Shown piece by piece: positions 12,117 through 27,429 of a DNA stretch of 64,000 nucleotides; the first letter of the stretch is position 1; each line of letters opens with the position of its first letter. The notes beneath the pieces are model-generated. The model was given only the letters and a program-made list of their open reading frames with translations, was not told the DNA's origin and did no database searches. The stretch is from the human T2T-CHM13v2.0 reference genome, Homo sapiens, in assembly GCF_009914755.1 (NCBI RefSeq), contig NC_060934.1. One strand, given 5' to 3'. Position numbers and translations under genes: made by a program.

Positions 12117-12302
12117 AAGGAAGGAAAACAAGCATCCCCCTGTTCCTCTGATTTTCTCGAGGACACCTTTAAAGCCACTGGAACCTTGGAGAGTGGGGTT
12201 CCCCTCACACGTTGGGCGCACTGCCAACATCCTTCCTTCAGACATACACATAATAATTCCGCAAACCCTGTTGAGCTCCTACATTTGCCAGGCACTGTGC
12301 TA

Positions 12303-12724
<422 letters not shown>

Positions 12725-12977
12725 TCAAAAAAATAATAATAATAATAATAATAATAAATGAAATGAAATGAAAAAATAAAAAAGAAAGACTGAGGGCAAA
12801 GGAAGGGTGCAAATACTTCTCTCCAAGGATGAGAAAGAGGTAGATTTAGGTAAAGAGGAAGGAAGTGTGGTCTGGATGTGCAAAGACCCACAGGCAGGAC
12901 AATGACCTGGAAGGCAGTGTATTGCCAGCTCAAATCAGACCAAGCTAACTCAGCGAAAGATAAGCCATCTCCATCTA

Positions 12978-13145
<168 letters not shown>

Positions 13146-13188
13146 TTAGCCTGGCATGGTGGCACATGCCTGTAGTCCCAACTACTCA

Positions 13189-13401
<213 letters not shown>

Positions 13402-13762
13402 TTATTATAGATATTTTATATTGCAGATTATTTTGCCCAAGGCAACCAGAATGATTTATTTTTGATGAAAAATCCTACTCATCGTCTTAGAAAAACAATA
13501 AGCTAATATTTATTGATCACGAACTAAGTGCTTTGAATGACTTCTCAAGTTTTTTTGTTTGTTTTTGTTTTTTTCACAAAGGTCCTGCAAGGTAAGTTTT
13601 ATTAATCTCCATTTTGCAGATAAGGAAATTTAGGCTCCTAGAGGCTAAAGAATTTAGGCAAGGTCCCTCAGCTAGTAAAGCAAGGGGGTGGGCCTACAAT
13701 GGAGGTCTGAACCATGACCCCTTTTTGGGGGGTAGGGGGACGAATCTGGCTCTGTCGCTTAG

Positions 13763-13993
<231 letters not shown>

Positions 13994-15197
13994 TGAGCCC
14001 AGCCTGAACCATGACCTTAAAGCCAGGAAACCCCTCAGCAAGCATCATCCCTAAGGAGCCAGAGGGCACTGCTCAGGCAAAGCAGAATCTCAGTTGTGGG
14101 GAATTTACTGGGCATGTACCCAGTAAGATGTGACACAGAGAGGTGAACAGAGAGGCTACAGCCTGCCCACTGCACGGAATCAGCCCTGAGGCTTGGGAAG
14201 GTCATGGAAGGCTTTGTGTAGAAGGTAGGCGTGCAAGGATGAAGGGGATGCCAGCTGGCAGGATGCAAGGAAAGGACTCCAGAAAGAGCAGGACAAAGAT
14301 AAAGCTGGAAGAGAGGCGAGAGAGGTGTGAGGTGGCCCAACACTGGGCTCAGGTGTGCCAGGGCTGGTGTGGCCCATCTCTAAGGACCTGTCCCAAACCA
14401 TGAAAAACTTTTTTTTTTTCCTTAAGACCTGCTACAAAGCAACAAACCATGAAAATCAAGGAATTTTTCTGATTATCACTCAATACTTTCTTGGCAACCA
14501 GAAGACACCTCCATCCAGGAGAGGGGACATGGTCTCATGCAACCCCTCCAGGTAGCTCACTGCACACCACTCCTCTGGTCCCACTCAGCAGTGCCCATAG
14601 CTTTGGAACTGAAAATCAGGGCTCGCTGCCTAAAAAAGGGCTTTTGTCTCTGAAATTCCAAGTGCCAGAGGTAGCAGGAAAGTGCGGTGGTTAGGATCCT
14701 GAAAAAGTGGCAAGTTCATTCCATGGAACTTTGACGGTTAGTGGGGAGAGCAGGCAGATTGTCTAACATGACGGAATCTAAGAGGAGGAAGCGTTGCTGG
14801 CTCTCTGCTGTAATGAGCTCAGCCAGGCCTGTGGGTACTTCCTTACAGACAACAGGTGGCTTTTCTGCTGGCTCCCAGGGCTGGAGGAGCTCCAAGGTAC
14901 TGGGTCATCTCAGGAGCCCAGAGAAACAGAGGCAGTATGCCCACTTGAAGAACAGGCAACTCTTAGATCTGAAGAGCCTGATAAATGTTCTCCTTTTCCA
15001 TACGTAGTTCCAACGAAATTTGTAAGCTTCAAAGAAGAGAGGAATATCCTCGTTTCTTCCTCTCTCCCCCAACACATGGTTTGGTATAGTGTTCCCAGCT
15101 AGGGAGAGGCTATATTAATGAAGGTAAGTTCTGCTGCAATGACCAATAGATTCCAAATGTAATGGCTCAAATACAACAGAAGTGCACTTCTTGCTAG

Positions 15198-15651
<454 letters not shown>

Positions 15652-16004
15652 TGATCTCACCACCACCAGTCCTGCCTCAGCCATCTTCTCTCTCACCAAG
15701 CCACTGTAACTGGTCCCTGGGCCTGTCTTGCACTTTTCCAATTTTCTCTCCACAAGGAAGCTGTGCCACACTTCCTTGTCCCAGCTCCTGCCACTCTCAG
15801 CCTGGAACACTCTGTTTCCAGTCCACTTGGTAAACTCTGAACTCTCTTTTCATGGTTCAGAGCCTGAATCACCTTGAAGCCTTACCTAACCCACCCCTTC
15901 TGGGCCCCCAGACATACTCTTCCCTGGACAGAGCTTCCCTGCTTATTGCACTAATGGGCTGACACATCAGTCTCCCCAGAGTAGCCTGTGGGTGCCTTGA
16001 TGCC

Positions 16005-16367
16005 TGTATTAGTCCGTTTTCACGCTGCTGATAAAGACATACCTGAGACTGGGATGAAAAAGAGAATTAATGGACTTACAGTTCCACATGGCTAGGGAGG
16101 CCTCCCAATCATGGCGGAAGGCAAGGAGGAGCAGATCACGTCTTACATGGATGGCGGCAAGCAAAGAAAGAGAGGGCTGGTGCAGGGAAACTCCCACTTT
16201 TAAAACCATCAGATCAGTGAGACTTATTACGGTCACAAGAACAGCACAGGAAAGACCCAGCCCCACGATTCAATTACCTCCCAACAAGTTCCTCCCATGA
16301 CACGTGGGAATTGTGGGAGTTACAATTCAAGATAAAATTTGGGTGGGGACACACCCAAACCATATCA
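16005..16367 (-). mobile_element. THE1 (MaLR) solo LTR, same orientation as AIFM2
   Basis: Plus strand runs from tgtattagtccgttttcacgctgctgataaagacatacc to ggggacacacccaaaccatatca, the reverse complement of a full ~360-bp THE1 LTR. Confidence 0.9.
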
Positions 16368-16552
16368 GTACCCACACGTGCAAGAATAAACCCTCCTCCC
16401 CGCCCACCACAACTCCCTCTCACAGCAAAGTCAGACCTCAGATCTAGGATTCTGCTACCATTAACTTACTGTTGAACTTCTCTTAAACTAGCCATGACCT
16501 CTGGACCCATTCCTAATCTGTAAAGGGAGGAACAACCATCCCAGGAGTGTTC

Positions 16553-17339
16553 TGTGATTGCCCCGTGTTTTAGGAAAAACTCTCCTCAAATCGTGTTTTC
16601 CCTCTACTCTCATGCCATCACAATCATCAACACAGAAGACTTCAGTGACCAAATGTGTGTGGGGTTTCCCCACCAAAAGCAGTGGACATCAGCCGGTTGT
16701 CCTCTAATTCAGTTCCAACACTATCTACCCAGAGACATTGTCAGACCCCACAGGTTGAGGGTTCAGTCTCCAAGACTGCCCCCCTCAACCACACCAGGCA
16801 CAAGTCTAGGCCTCCAGAACTTCTGACCAACTGGCTTCAAGTTGAGTTCCCACGACCTCCTTTTTGGGTTCAATTAATTTGCTAGAGTGGATCACAGAGC
16901 TCAGAGACACACTTACTTATGTTTACCGGTTTATTATAAAGGATATCGCAAAGGATACAGATGAAGAGATGCACATAGAGCAAGGAATGAGGGAAGGGGA
17001 AGGAGTGCAGAGCTTCCGTGCCCTCCCTGGGCACGCCACACTCCAGGAAGTGCCAGGTGTTCAGCTATCCAGAAGCTCTCTGAACCCTGTCCTCTTGGGT
17101 TTTTATGGAAGGTTCATGACATCAACATTCCTTCCCCTAGGATTGAGACCCTCTCATGGGAAGGTCTTTAGGACCCACTGTGAAAAAGGTGGGCGAACAT
17201 TAGTGAAAGGATACCCAGAGGTCAGAGGCCTGTCCCAAGCCCTAACATACCCAGTATTCTAACAAAGACTGGAACAAGGACTATGAGAGTTACGAGTCAG
17301 GAATGCTGGATGAAAACCAATATATATCATAACACCACA
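16553..17339 (-). mobile_element. ERV LTR, MER21-like
   Basis: Minus strand starts tgtggtgttatgatatatattggttttcatcc, about 790 bp long, internal AATAAA at 16935-16930. Confidence 0.7.
16930..16935 (-). terminator. TYSND1: candidate distal TYSND1 poly(A) signal (LTR-derived)
   Basis: AATAAA on the minus strand followed by GT-rich 'taagtaagtgtgtct'. Confidence 0.55.
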
Positions 17340-17870
17340 CCCAGCATTGGCACTCAGCACACAGGTGTTAGAAACAAGTTACTCCTAAGCACTCTTCCTG
17401 CGTGGCCTCCGCCCACAGCCGCCCCTCACAGGGCTTTCAGCCTGCCAGTAGAAATCACTCGAGGGCCCACACATGCAAGGCCCTGGGCACACGGCACAGT
17501 CCTGACTCAAAGAGTTGGCCTCAGCTCCTGGGGGTTGCCCTGGCCTCATTCACCCTTGAACTCCCCAACTGCCACCCACCTTAGGCATTCTTTAAGCATC
17601 TGCTGCCAGGTCAAGACCACCACCTTCCGGGACCTGCAAGCCCCACCCAGCTCTGACTGGCACATGACCAGCTATGAGGGCCAGTCTGGCAGGACCGTAT
17701 CCCGTGAGCTCACACCCTGCTGAGAAAACAGCACAGAAAGGGTGTATTTCTGGGTTGGGCACAGTGGCTCACACCTGTAATCCCAGCACTTTGGGAAGCT
17801 GAGGCAGGAGGACTGCTTGAAACCAGAAGGCTGAAGCCAGCACGGGCAACAAAGCAATACCCCATTTCTA

Positions 17871-18086
<216 letters not shown>

Positions 18087-18159
18087 CTATTCCCAGTTCA
18101 ACTCCTGAAAAAAAGAAACAATTTGATATATAAATACAGAGGTTTTTCAATAGATCATG

Positions 18160-18165
18160 TTTATT
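18160..18165 (-). terminator. TYSND1: candidate proximal TYSND1 poly(A) signal
   Basis: AATAAA about 700 nt after the stop, with U-rich sequence downstream. Confidence 0.55.
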
Positions 18166-18858
18166 CCCAAGCCCCAACCAGACATGTTCTACCCCTCAAG
18201 ATCCCTGAGACCCAGGCTGTGGGCTGGAAAATGAAGGCACAGTGTCAAGAGCGCCCCTGTTGGCATATGAAGACCCAGGAGTGCTGACCTTCAGGGATCT
18301 GCCTGCACTGCCCATGGGCCTGGCACAGCAGGAGGCACTCCTGTTTCTGTCCCTTCTGTCTCTGGTCTTCAGAGCAAGGTTTCTGCTGAGATGCTAAGGA
18401 AGCTGAGTCCTTTGTCAGCCCTGACTCTGACTGAGAGGCAGACAGGAGCCAAGGCCCCATTGAAGCTCCAGGATGACGATGGCCCTCAGGGGAACAGACG
18501 CAAAACCAGGCACGGGCCTGCCTTCCAGCTGGAATCTACCTGTCAGGCCCAGAACTTCTGTGCAGTTGGAGTGGGCTCCCCAGAAGGAAAAACAATACAG
18601 CTGAGTCTAGTGCTAGGGGACAGAGAACTGGGGGCTCAAGAAAGCACCCCAAAACGGGCTGCCAGGTTAAGGATCCATGGGGCTGAAGAGAAGTTTGCCC
18701 CAGAGCCCAAAGCCCAGTCTGCAGTCAGTGGGTGGAGATGAGAGGCAGCCTGGGCCCCTGCAGGGGCTGGGCCCTGAATCCTGAGGCCACCGTCACCTCA
18801 ACATCACTTCCTACAGCAGAAAAAGGTCACTCTTCTTTCCAAAGGTGGTAACACAGCC

Positions 18859-19076
18859 TCAGAGCTTGCTCCGCGGGGCCTCTGCCAGGGGCCGCTGCAA
18901 CCGCCACACCACCCTGACTGGCTCAGCAGCGCGGTCCAGCTCACGGAGGCCACCTAGGTCTTGGGTCTGGCTGTACTGCTGCAGGGCCGGCTGGAGCACC
19001 GTGATGGGAATGCTGAAGTTCAGGTGGGGGTAGGTGGCCCCCGTATTATTGTCCCGGGTGTTGCTGGTGATTATGC
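18859..19076 (-). CDS. TYSND1: TYSND1 exon 4 (last coding, ends in PTS1 SKL)
   Basis: caacag|GC ATA ATC... (G)IITSNTRDNNTGATYPHLNFSIP...APRSKL*. 218 nt. Total CDS 1166+131+186+218=1701 nt = 566 aa plus stop. Confidence 0.97.
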
Positions 19077-19440
19077 CTGTTGAGGAGTCAGAGAGCAAAA
19101 GAGGATGTGAGCCAGGGGGCAGAAAGGCTGGAGAAGGGAGGAGGACCATCTCCACCCTGGAGCCCCCAGGGCCTGGTAGGGCTGGATACCACCCCACGTG
19201 GTGACAGACGCTGAGCTTCTAGACATGAACACCTGCTGCCCACACCCTTTCCTGGCTTTACGTTTTCTCCTTAACACTCTCAAAATCTAACACACTAGAT
19301 AGTTCACTTATTTCACTTGTTATCTTTCTCTCGACCTAGTGTCAGCTCCATAAGGGCAGGACTTTGATGTTTTGTTCATGCAGTCTCCCCAGTACCTGAA
19401 ACAGTGCCTTGTGCCAAGTAGGCGCGCAACAAAGGCTTGT

Positions 19441-19476
19441 TGAATGAATGAATGAATGAATGAATGAATGAATGAA
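19441..19476 (+). repeat. (TGAA)9 at the tail of an L2 fragment
   Basis: Direct tandem repeat following L2-like 'acagtgccttgtgcc...'. Confidence 0.85.
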
Positions 19477-19925
19477 TCAGACCCACAGACATATTTTGTT
19501 TGGCCTGCTCGGTGCATGGATGTGTGTGTAGTTTTTTAAAGATAATTTCAGACATACAGAATTCTTGCCTAAATATTGCAGAATTCTATATACCCTTTGA
19601 CCAGCTTTCCTTTATGTTCGTATCTAATGTCACCAAAAAATATTTATCAAAACCAAAACATATACCTTGGTAGAATACTGTTATTAAGTGAACTACAGAA
19701 CTCATTGACATGAGTTGCACTAGTTTTTCCACTAATGTCCTTTTTCAGTTCCAATATCCAGTCTAGGACTCCATATTCCATTTAGTTGTCGCATCTCCCA
19801 AATCTCCTCCAATCTGGGTCAGTTCCTCAGTCTTTCCTTATCTTTCGTGGCCTTGACATTTTTAAAAGTGCAGGTTATTTTATTTATTTACAGTTTTTTT
19901 TTTGTTCTTGTTTTTGTTTTTTTAG

Positions 19926-20081
<156 letters not shown>

Positions 20082-20407
20082 TGAACTCCCAGACTCAAGC
20101 AATCCTCCCGCCCTGGCCTCCAAAAGTGCTAGAATTACAAGTGCGAGCCACCATACCTGGCTTTTTTTTTTTTTTTTTAAATAAACGCTGTTTATTTTTT
20201 TGAGATGGGTCTCGCTCTGTCACACAGGCTAAAGTGTAATGGTGACCATAGTTCACTGCAGCCTTGAACTCCTGGGCTCAAGTGATCTTCCCACTTCAGA
20301 TTCCTGCAGAGCCAGGACTACAGGCACATACCACCATGTCTGGCTCAGGTCAGTGATTTTAGAGAATGACCCTCAATTGAGGCCTACCTAATGTTTTCTC
20401 ATGACTA

Positions 20408-20476
20408 TTGGGTTGGTGCAAAAATGAATGCGGTTTTTGTCATTACTTTTAATTGTTTTGCCATTACTTTTAATTG
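20408..20476 (+). mobile_element. partial MADE1 (Hsmar1 MITE) inside an L1M fragment
   Basis: ttgggttggtgcaaaa...gcggtttttgtcattacttttaat matches the left half of MADE1. Confidence 0.7.
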
Positions 20477-21588
20477 TTTAAGGTTACACATTATTGGGAA
20501 GAATACCATAAAAGCCATGTGTCCTTCCCAGTGTCTCAGCTATCTGATGTCTGTATGGAGTACTTCTGACGTTCACCTTGATCACTTGGCTGAGGTGGTA
20601 TCTGCCAGGCCTCTCCAAGGTAGACTTAGTATTTTCCTTTCTTTTTTTTTAATTAAAAAAAATTTTTTTAAATAAAAATAGAGGCAGAGTCTCACTATGT
20701 TGCCCAGGCTGGTCTCGAACTCCCATTTCAAGTGATCCTCTTGCCTCAGCCTCCGGAAGTGTTGGGATTACTGGCACGAGCTACCACACCAGGCCTAGAC
20801 TTATGGCTCTAAATATTACTTACGGCTCCAATATTTCCTCTTTGTAAGTACTAAATATTTAGAGGAAATATACTAAAGTTATGCAAATACAATTTTACTT
20901 GTATACTAGGATGGAACAGATAAGTAAACATATTGTAGACAACAAGAGCAAGGTTTTTCACTACAGGAGAAAGAAGAAACAAGGAGAGTTAGACTGGACT
21001 GGAGTTGGAGGTTTCTAGATGAACTCATGTTTTTTTCTTTTTGACAGCTAAACAGACTGTTTTTTAAAAACCTGAATGTTACCAAAATTTAAAAATTGAT
21101 CGATTTAACGGCCACATGTATTTTTTTAAAAAAGCTTTACATGTCTTGTGAAAATATTAGAATACCAGCCAACGTTAGGCCCATCCTCCTTCATGGCCAC
21201 AGTCTGCAGCAGCTGAGTCGAGTGCGCTTCAGTTTAGACCCCTCCCCTCCCCTCCCTGTTGTCTTCTCATTCATTTGCTTTATCTTTCCAGCCTCTGTTG
21301 GCTTTTGAGTCTGTGACGCTTTGACTAATCCAACTCCTCAATTTCACAGATCAAACCAGATTAGATTAGTAGCAGAGAAGGGACCAGAGCCCAGATCTCT
21401 TTCCTCCCAGTCCAGCATCCGTCCCTCTCCACCATCAGGAGAACAGCCTGCAAACCTTCGCTAGCTCACTCATAATGCCCACCATTTTCCCAGACAGAGG
21501 GTGCACTGGGGCTGGCCACAAGCACTCATGGGGTGGGACTGAGGTTCTGGCAAGTGGGAGGGCGGGAGGGGGCCAAAGAGCTGGTTAC

Positions 21589-21774
21589 CAAGGAGGTTTC
21601 CTGAGTGGTTGGAGAAGAGGGGTCCCCCACTGGAGCCGCTGTGCACAGCACACGTGGTCTGCAGCATTACGGGCGTGCCATTCACCTGCACCACAGCCGA
21701 AAGGATGCCTGAGGTCACCGAGGGCCCGCAAGACTGGCCAAAGACGCCAAAGCCCACCACACTCACAGCCTCGC
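21589..21774 (-). CDS. TYSND1: TYSND1 exon 3 (catalytic Ser motif)
   Basis: ggcag|GC GAG...CTT G|gtaacc. 186 nt, contains VHSGSSGGPL. Confidence 0.97.
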
Positions 21775-22762
21775 CTGCCAGGGAAGGAAGGAGGGTGAAG
21801 CTGGGGACACCTGTGTTACAGCAGGACTCACACTCCCTAACTCCCATCCCTACCCTCTCCAAACATTCCAAACCTCTCCACCCTTCAAGTTTCTGCTCAG
21901 ATACTCCTGCCTCCAGAGAGCCTTCCCCATGTCCCCTGGCTGGAAGAGGCTGAGAACTCCACTGAGCTCCTAGCACTGTATCTGCATGACCACTTCTGAG
22001 CAACAGGCTGTTCCCTAGTCCTTGTTCCCTGGACAGGCGGGGCAGTGACTTTTAGGAGTTCCTAACACCTACCTACATGCTCAATAAATGTTTGTGGAAT
22101 TCACACCCATCTCCTCCTGGAACTCCTAAGAAGTCTCTTCGTGAAAAGAAATGGTGATGATGGCTATAATGCAGCCATGACCTTCCTTTTCCAAGTGCAG
22201 GGTATGGGGGTAAGTGCTTTACAGGCAACGTCACACCCAGCCCTCACAACACCCAGAAATAGGATGCATTAGCCCCATTTCAAAGACGTGGAAAATGAGG
22301 CAGAGGATAGTTAACTAGCCTGTCCAAGGACATGGGACTAATAAGTGGCAGAGGAAAGATGCCCATCCAGAGCCCCTGGACCCTTCATCACTGTATCACA
22401 CTGCCTCCATGGAGTGCAACATCAGTACTTATGTGGCAGCATCACAAAGCCTTTTACCCAAATCGTGCCCCTGGAGCCTTGAAAGTGCCACATGCCTCTC
22501 TGACCAGCCTGAAGTGTTAAGGAACCCCAAAGGCCCAGCATCCTCACACTACATTGCTGCAGGCACTCGGGGAAAGGGCGTGCAGCATTATCCTTCCCAG
22601 GGCACTCCATGTGCCCCACCAGCACAAAAAGGGAGGCAGGCCTCCAAGGACCTTGACCAATGCTACCCTGACTTCATGAGAATGCCCAACACTGATTCTC
22701 CTTCCTGAGGCCCACCCTAGCTCAGAGGGGCCCTCCTTCAGGCTGCGCCCTTCGTCCTTTAC

Positions 22763-22893
22763 CTTCATGGAAGTGCTCAGCGGGCACAGGGATGGGGACA
22801 TCATCCAGGTCCTCCTCCAGGCTCACCACTGCTATGTCATAGGGACATGTCTCCTGAGTGGCAAATACCACACGGCCCCAGATGGCCACACTC
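22763..22893 (-). CDS. TYSND1: TYSND1 exon 2 (catalytic Asp motif)
   Basis: tcccag|G AGT GTG...GAA G|gtaaag. 131 nt, SVAIWGRVVFATQETCPYDIAVVSLEEDLDDVPIPVPAEHFHE. Not present in the ORF track. Confidence 0.96.
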
Positions 22894-24341
22894 CTGGGAG
22901 CAAGGGAAACAAATGACAGGCTAGCTTTCTGACTCCTCAGTACTTGGGAGAAATCAAGGAGCTGAGAGTGACAGTAAAAGTCAGAAGATCTGGGTATCAG
23001 CCCTGAATCGACCAGCAGGCAACTCTGGGCAAGTCATGTAACCATTCTGTGGTATCTCCAAAGGTGGTTGACAAACTGTGCTACTTCTCTAAAGCTTCCT
23101 GTACCTGAATAATCAACCTGACACTTAGTGAGCACTGTGGGCCAGGTTTGGTGTTAGTGCTTTGTGGACATCACTTTATTTAGTCTTCACGACCCTATAA
23201 ACTAGGCACTGGCATTATCTCCATTTTAGGTGGTATAACTGAGGCCCAGAGACGCTCAGTAACATTCCCAACACCAAACAAAGTGGGAGGAGCCAAGGCA
23301 AACACAACACTTTCCTTCACTGCCTCGTTGATACCCACAACAATCCCGTCAGTTGGTGGGTCAGATATGACATGGTTTCACTCCTCTGGGTCCCTATTTA
23401 CGTACACGCTAACACTTCTGTAGCACACGACGTGACAGGCTCCGTTCCACGACATTCAGCGTCAACTCCCAGGGAGGCAGCTTAGACAGGTTAAGTGACT
23501 TGCCCGGGATCAGACAGGGGCGTCCTACTACACACTCTGCAGGGGTAGCTTCCAACAGACCTGGCAGTCTCCTTAGGAGCAAGGGGCATGTGGGGGGAGT
23601 GGAAGGAATCTGGTGGGGGCCACACACCATAGGCAAACCTTCATCATCAGTCTTCCCTATAAAGTCATGGCTGTCCTATAGGCCACAGTGGGGACACCTA
23701 TGGCAAAACTGGGCAGTGTTACCCACACCTGGCTAAGCTTGGGGATTCAGGAAGAGATTTGGAAAAGCCTGGGCTGCAAGGCTGGGCTGAACCATGTACA
23801 GCTGCGTGGGCCACCCCCCTACCTTCTGATTACGTAGAAACTCACGTTTCACTCAGACGGGAAGCTCTGGCTAAGCACTAAAAGATGGATAAAATTAACA
23901 TACCCATCTCCTTACCCCAGGAGAGCACCATCCTGGGCCTCTGGGACCTTATCACTTTCAGAGGAGAAGCAGCAGGGTTAGGGAATCTCTGTTCAAAGGG
24001 CCAGAGAACCGAGGGGTATGGCGTGCAGGGCTATCAGACAGTGAAGCTGCCCAGAAGAAACTCAGCCTTTGAGGGGAGCTCAAAGATGCCCTGTTCCGGA
24101 TTCAGGGTGTCCCACAGTACCCAAATCCAGAGCTGCTTCGAGCTTGACACCTTGCCCCAGATTCTCCCCACAGGGGTTCTGGGTATAAAGGATGAGGGGA
24201 GGGTTCCAGGTCTCTACCCACTACACGCCCAAAGCATCCGCGTGACACAAGAAAGGCCTGCACAATACTCAAGAGTATTAGGGCTGGACCCAGATCTGAG
24301 ACCTGGAAAGGGATGAAGTGGCGTCAGCCCTGCGGGCTTAC

Positions 24342-25507
24342 TTGGGGGTGGTGGAGCGCACCAGGACCCTGGCTGCTTCCCGAGGGGACACGTGCCGACA
24401 GGTCACTACAAGGCGGGGTGCCACAGCCACTCCGGAGCCCCATACGGTGCCGCACTCCACCAACACTGCCGCGGCTGCCCACAGGGGCCCGGAGTCTCGG
24501 AGGGGCAGACCCCACGGGACGCCCACCTCTGGCGGCAGAAGGGCGGCCAGGGCAGCGGTGCTGTGCGGCAGGCGGTGAAGCGCGTCGCGGGCGGCGCGGA
24601 AAAGGGGGGCGGCGGCGCAGAGCAGCGTGAAGCCCACCCATTCGCCGGCCTTCCAACAGAGCGGCGCCACCACCAGCGCCACCAGCGCCCCCGCGGGCCG
24701 CGCGGTGAACACGCCGCCGCCCTCGGTGCCGGGAAGGCAGCGTGCGTCGGTAAGCAGCAGTGGGCCGGCCACGTTGCTGAGCACCCCGCAGCTCAGCGTG
24801 TTGAGAAAGATGTCGGGGCAGAAGGCGCCGAAAGGGGAGCCGCAGACCAGCAATGGCGCACCCTTGGGCACGGCCCCGAGAGGCGACACCGCCATGGCTG
24901 GCCCGCGCTCCTCCTCCACCTCCTCCTGGCCTAGCCGCACGCCCAGCAGCGCAAACCAGCCCAGCGCTCTCAGTTGATCCGCCTCCTCGTCCTCCGACAC
25001 TTCGTCATCCCGCGCCGCGCTCGAGAAGCGCCACTGTTCCGCTGCCTCGTCCCCGAAGAGGCGCGCGAAGTGGGCCCAGAAGGCCGGGCAGCTCAGCAGC
25101 AGCAGCAGCTCAGCAGGAAGCCGGGGCTGCAGGGGACGCCCGCGGGACGGGGCAGGTGGGCCGGGCTCGAGGCTCGCGCACTGGGGCGTGCACAGCCCTG
25201 GGCGGCCCCGCTCCGCGCCGCCCCCGGGACCCGCGGCCGTTGGGGCCCACTGCACGTGCAGGCGCAGGTCGTCCCTGCAACTGTCGCCAGGCAGGAAGAC
25301 GGCGCCGGCCGCGGCCAGGACTTCGCTGCCAGCTCGCAGGAAGGGGACGAAGATGCCCCCGTGGCAAAGCACCAGGCCCGGGCTACGGCTCAGGATTACC
25401 CCGCTGCAGCTCCACGGGCCCGCCTCGGGCTGTCCGGCCCGGGAGGCGCTCACCATGCAGCCCGCCTGCTCGGCCGCCCTCATGGCAGACCCCCACTGCC
25501 TTCTCAT
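24342..25507 (-). CDS. TYSND1: TYSND1 exon 1, peroxisomal leader peptide-processing protease
   Basis: GCCATG at 25507, MRRQWGSAMRAAEQAGCMV..., degenerate first protease domain (CLPGTEGG), catalytic His motif VVTCRHV, donor AA|gtaagc. 1166 nt. Confidence 0.97.
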
Positions 25508-25599
25508 GGCCTCTAGGCCGGACACTCGGGAGCTTCTCCGAGAAACAGCAAGCTAGCGAGCGAGGACCCCTACCCGGTCCGGCTGAAGCTGCCTAGCGC

Positions 25600-25850
25600 C
25601 ACCCACAGCTGGAAGCGAGAGGCGCAAGCTCTGACTCACGTCTTCCTCATCGAGCCCGATTGGCTAAGCCCCAATTGACCCGACCCGATTGGCTGGGCTT
25701 GTACCGAGCTCTGATTGGCTTCCTATTCTGATTTTTTTTTTCCTTTCCCCGCCCTCGTTAGTTTGTCCAACCGGTGGGACATAATCTGCCCCATTCCCCC
25801 GGATGAGCCCCGGGGAGAGTAAGAGGAGTGCGGCGTCACGAGGAATCAGA
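25600..25850 (-). promoter_or_regulatory. TYSND1: TYSND1 promoter: CCAAT-box cluster, AP-1 site and GC box in a CpG island (~24320-25850)
   Basis: ATTGG at 25659, 25688 and 25714, CCAAT at 25671, TGACTCA at 25632-25638, CCCCGCCC near 25747. Confidence 0.8.
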
Positions 25851-26295
25851 GGAGAGGAGGGTGGGTCCCTTCAAGCCTAGTCTCGTTTGCTGGAATGTGG
25901 GAAAGGGAATAGAAATGAGCGCTGACGTGCCTAGATTTGCCCAGGCCACGACAGTACCTGTGAGCATCTGCCCAGGTCTAGGCGACCTTCAGCCTCTGAC
26001 CCTTGGGATAATATGGACCAAGGAAATCCTTGGCCAATTCAGTGTTTTGAAAATTTAAAAGTAACCCCTATAGCAATCCACTAGGGGGCATGGAACTCTC
26101 AAGATTACTCCTAGGATTTTTTTTTGCTGCCAAAGCCCCAACACAAATCTCCGAGAAACTGGATTTGCTGTAAATTAAATTGCCCTTTAAATCGACTATG
26201 AACAGTAGCTGAAATCAAAAATTTTAATCATACAGGCCTATATTTTACAGTGTGCACATTTCACATAACATAACCACCAGCCAGGATTTATCTAG

Positions 26296-27098
<803 letters not shown>

Positions 27099-27429
27099 AT
27101 CATTAATTTTTATTAAGGTTACTGTATTGCTTACCATATACAATTGCTACTTAAATTCTCTAATCTTTCTGCCTGAATTCTTTAAATAAAGTTAACACTG
27201 CTTGGTATAACCCCAGCACAACACAGGATAATGCTCCCAGTACTCCCAGTGACACAAACCTGCTAGAGAAAGGAAAACGATTATCCATGATAGTATGAGG
27301 CAGGAATAAAATTAGGCCATCTTGCCATAGCAGGCGGTCTTCTTTTGGTTCTATGACACAGAAGGTGGCTTGATCACAGCACAATTTCTTTATCCCAACT
27401 TCCTAGCAATCAAAGAGTTTTTCTCTTGG

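Noticed and set aside
25508-25525. MSGLEA N-terminal extension of TYSND1 in the ORF track
   Set aside because: Starts at GTG, with an in-frame TAG about 30 nt further upstream. GCCATG at 25507 gives the expected 566 aa.
24313-25596. Several long plus-strand and alternate-frame ORFs (105-247 aa) over TYSND1 exon 1
   Set aside because: Shadow ORFs of a very GC-rich coding exon, low complexity, no domain signature.
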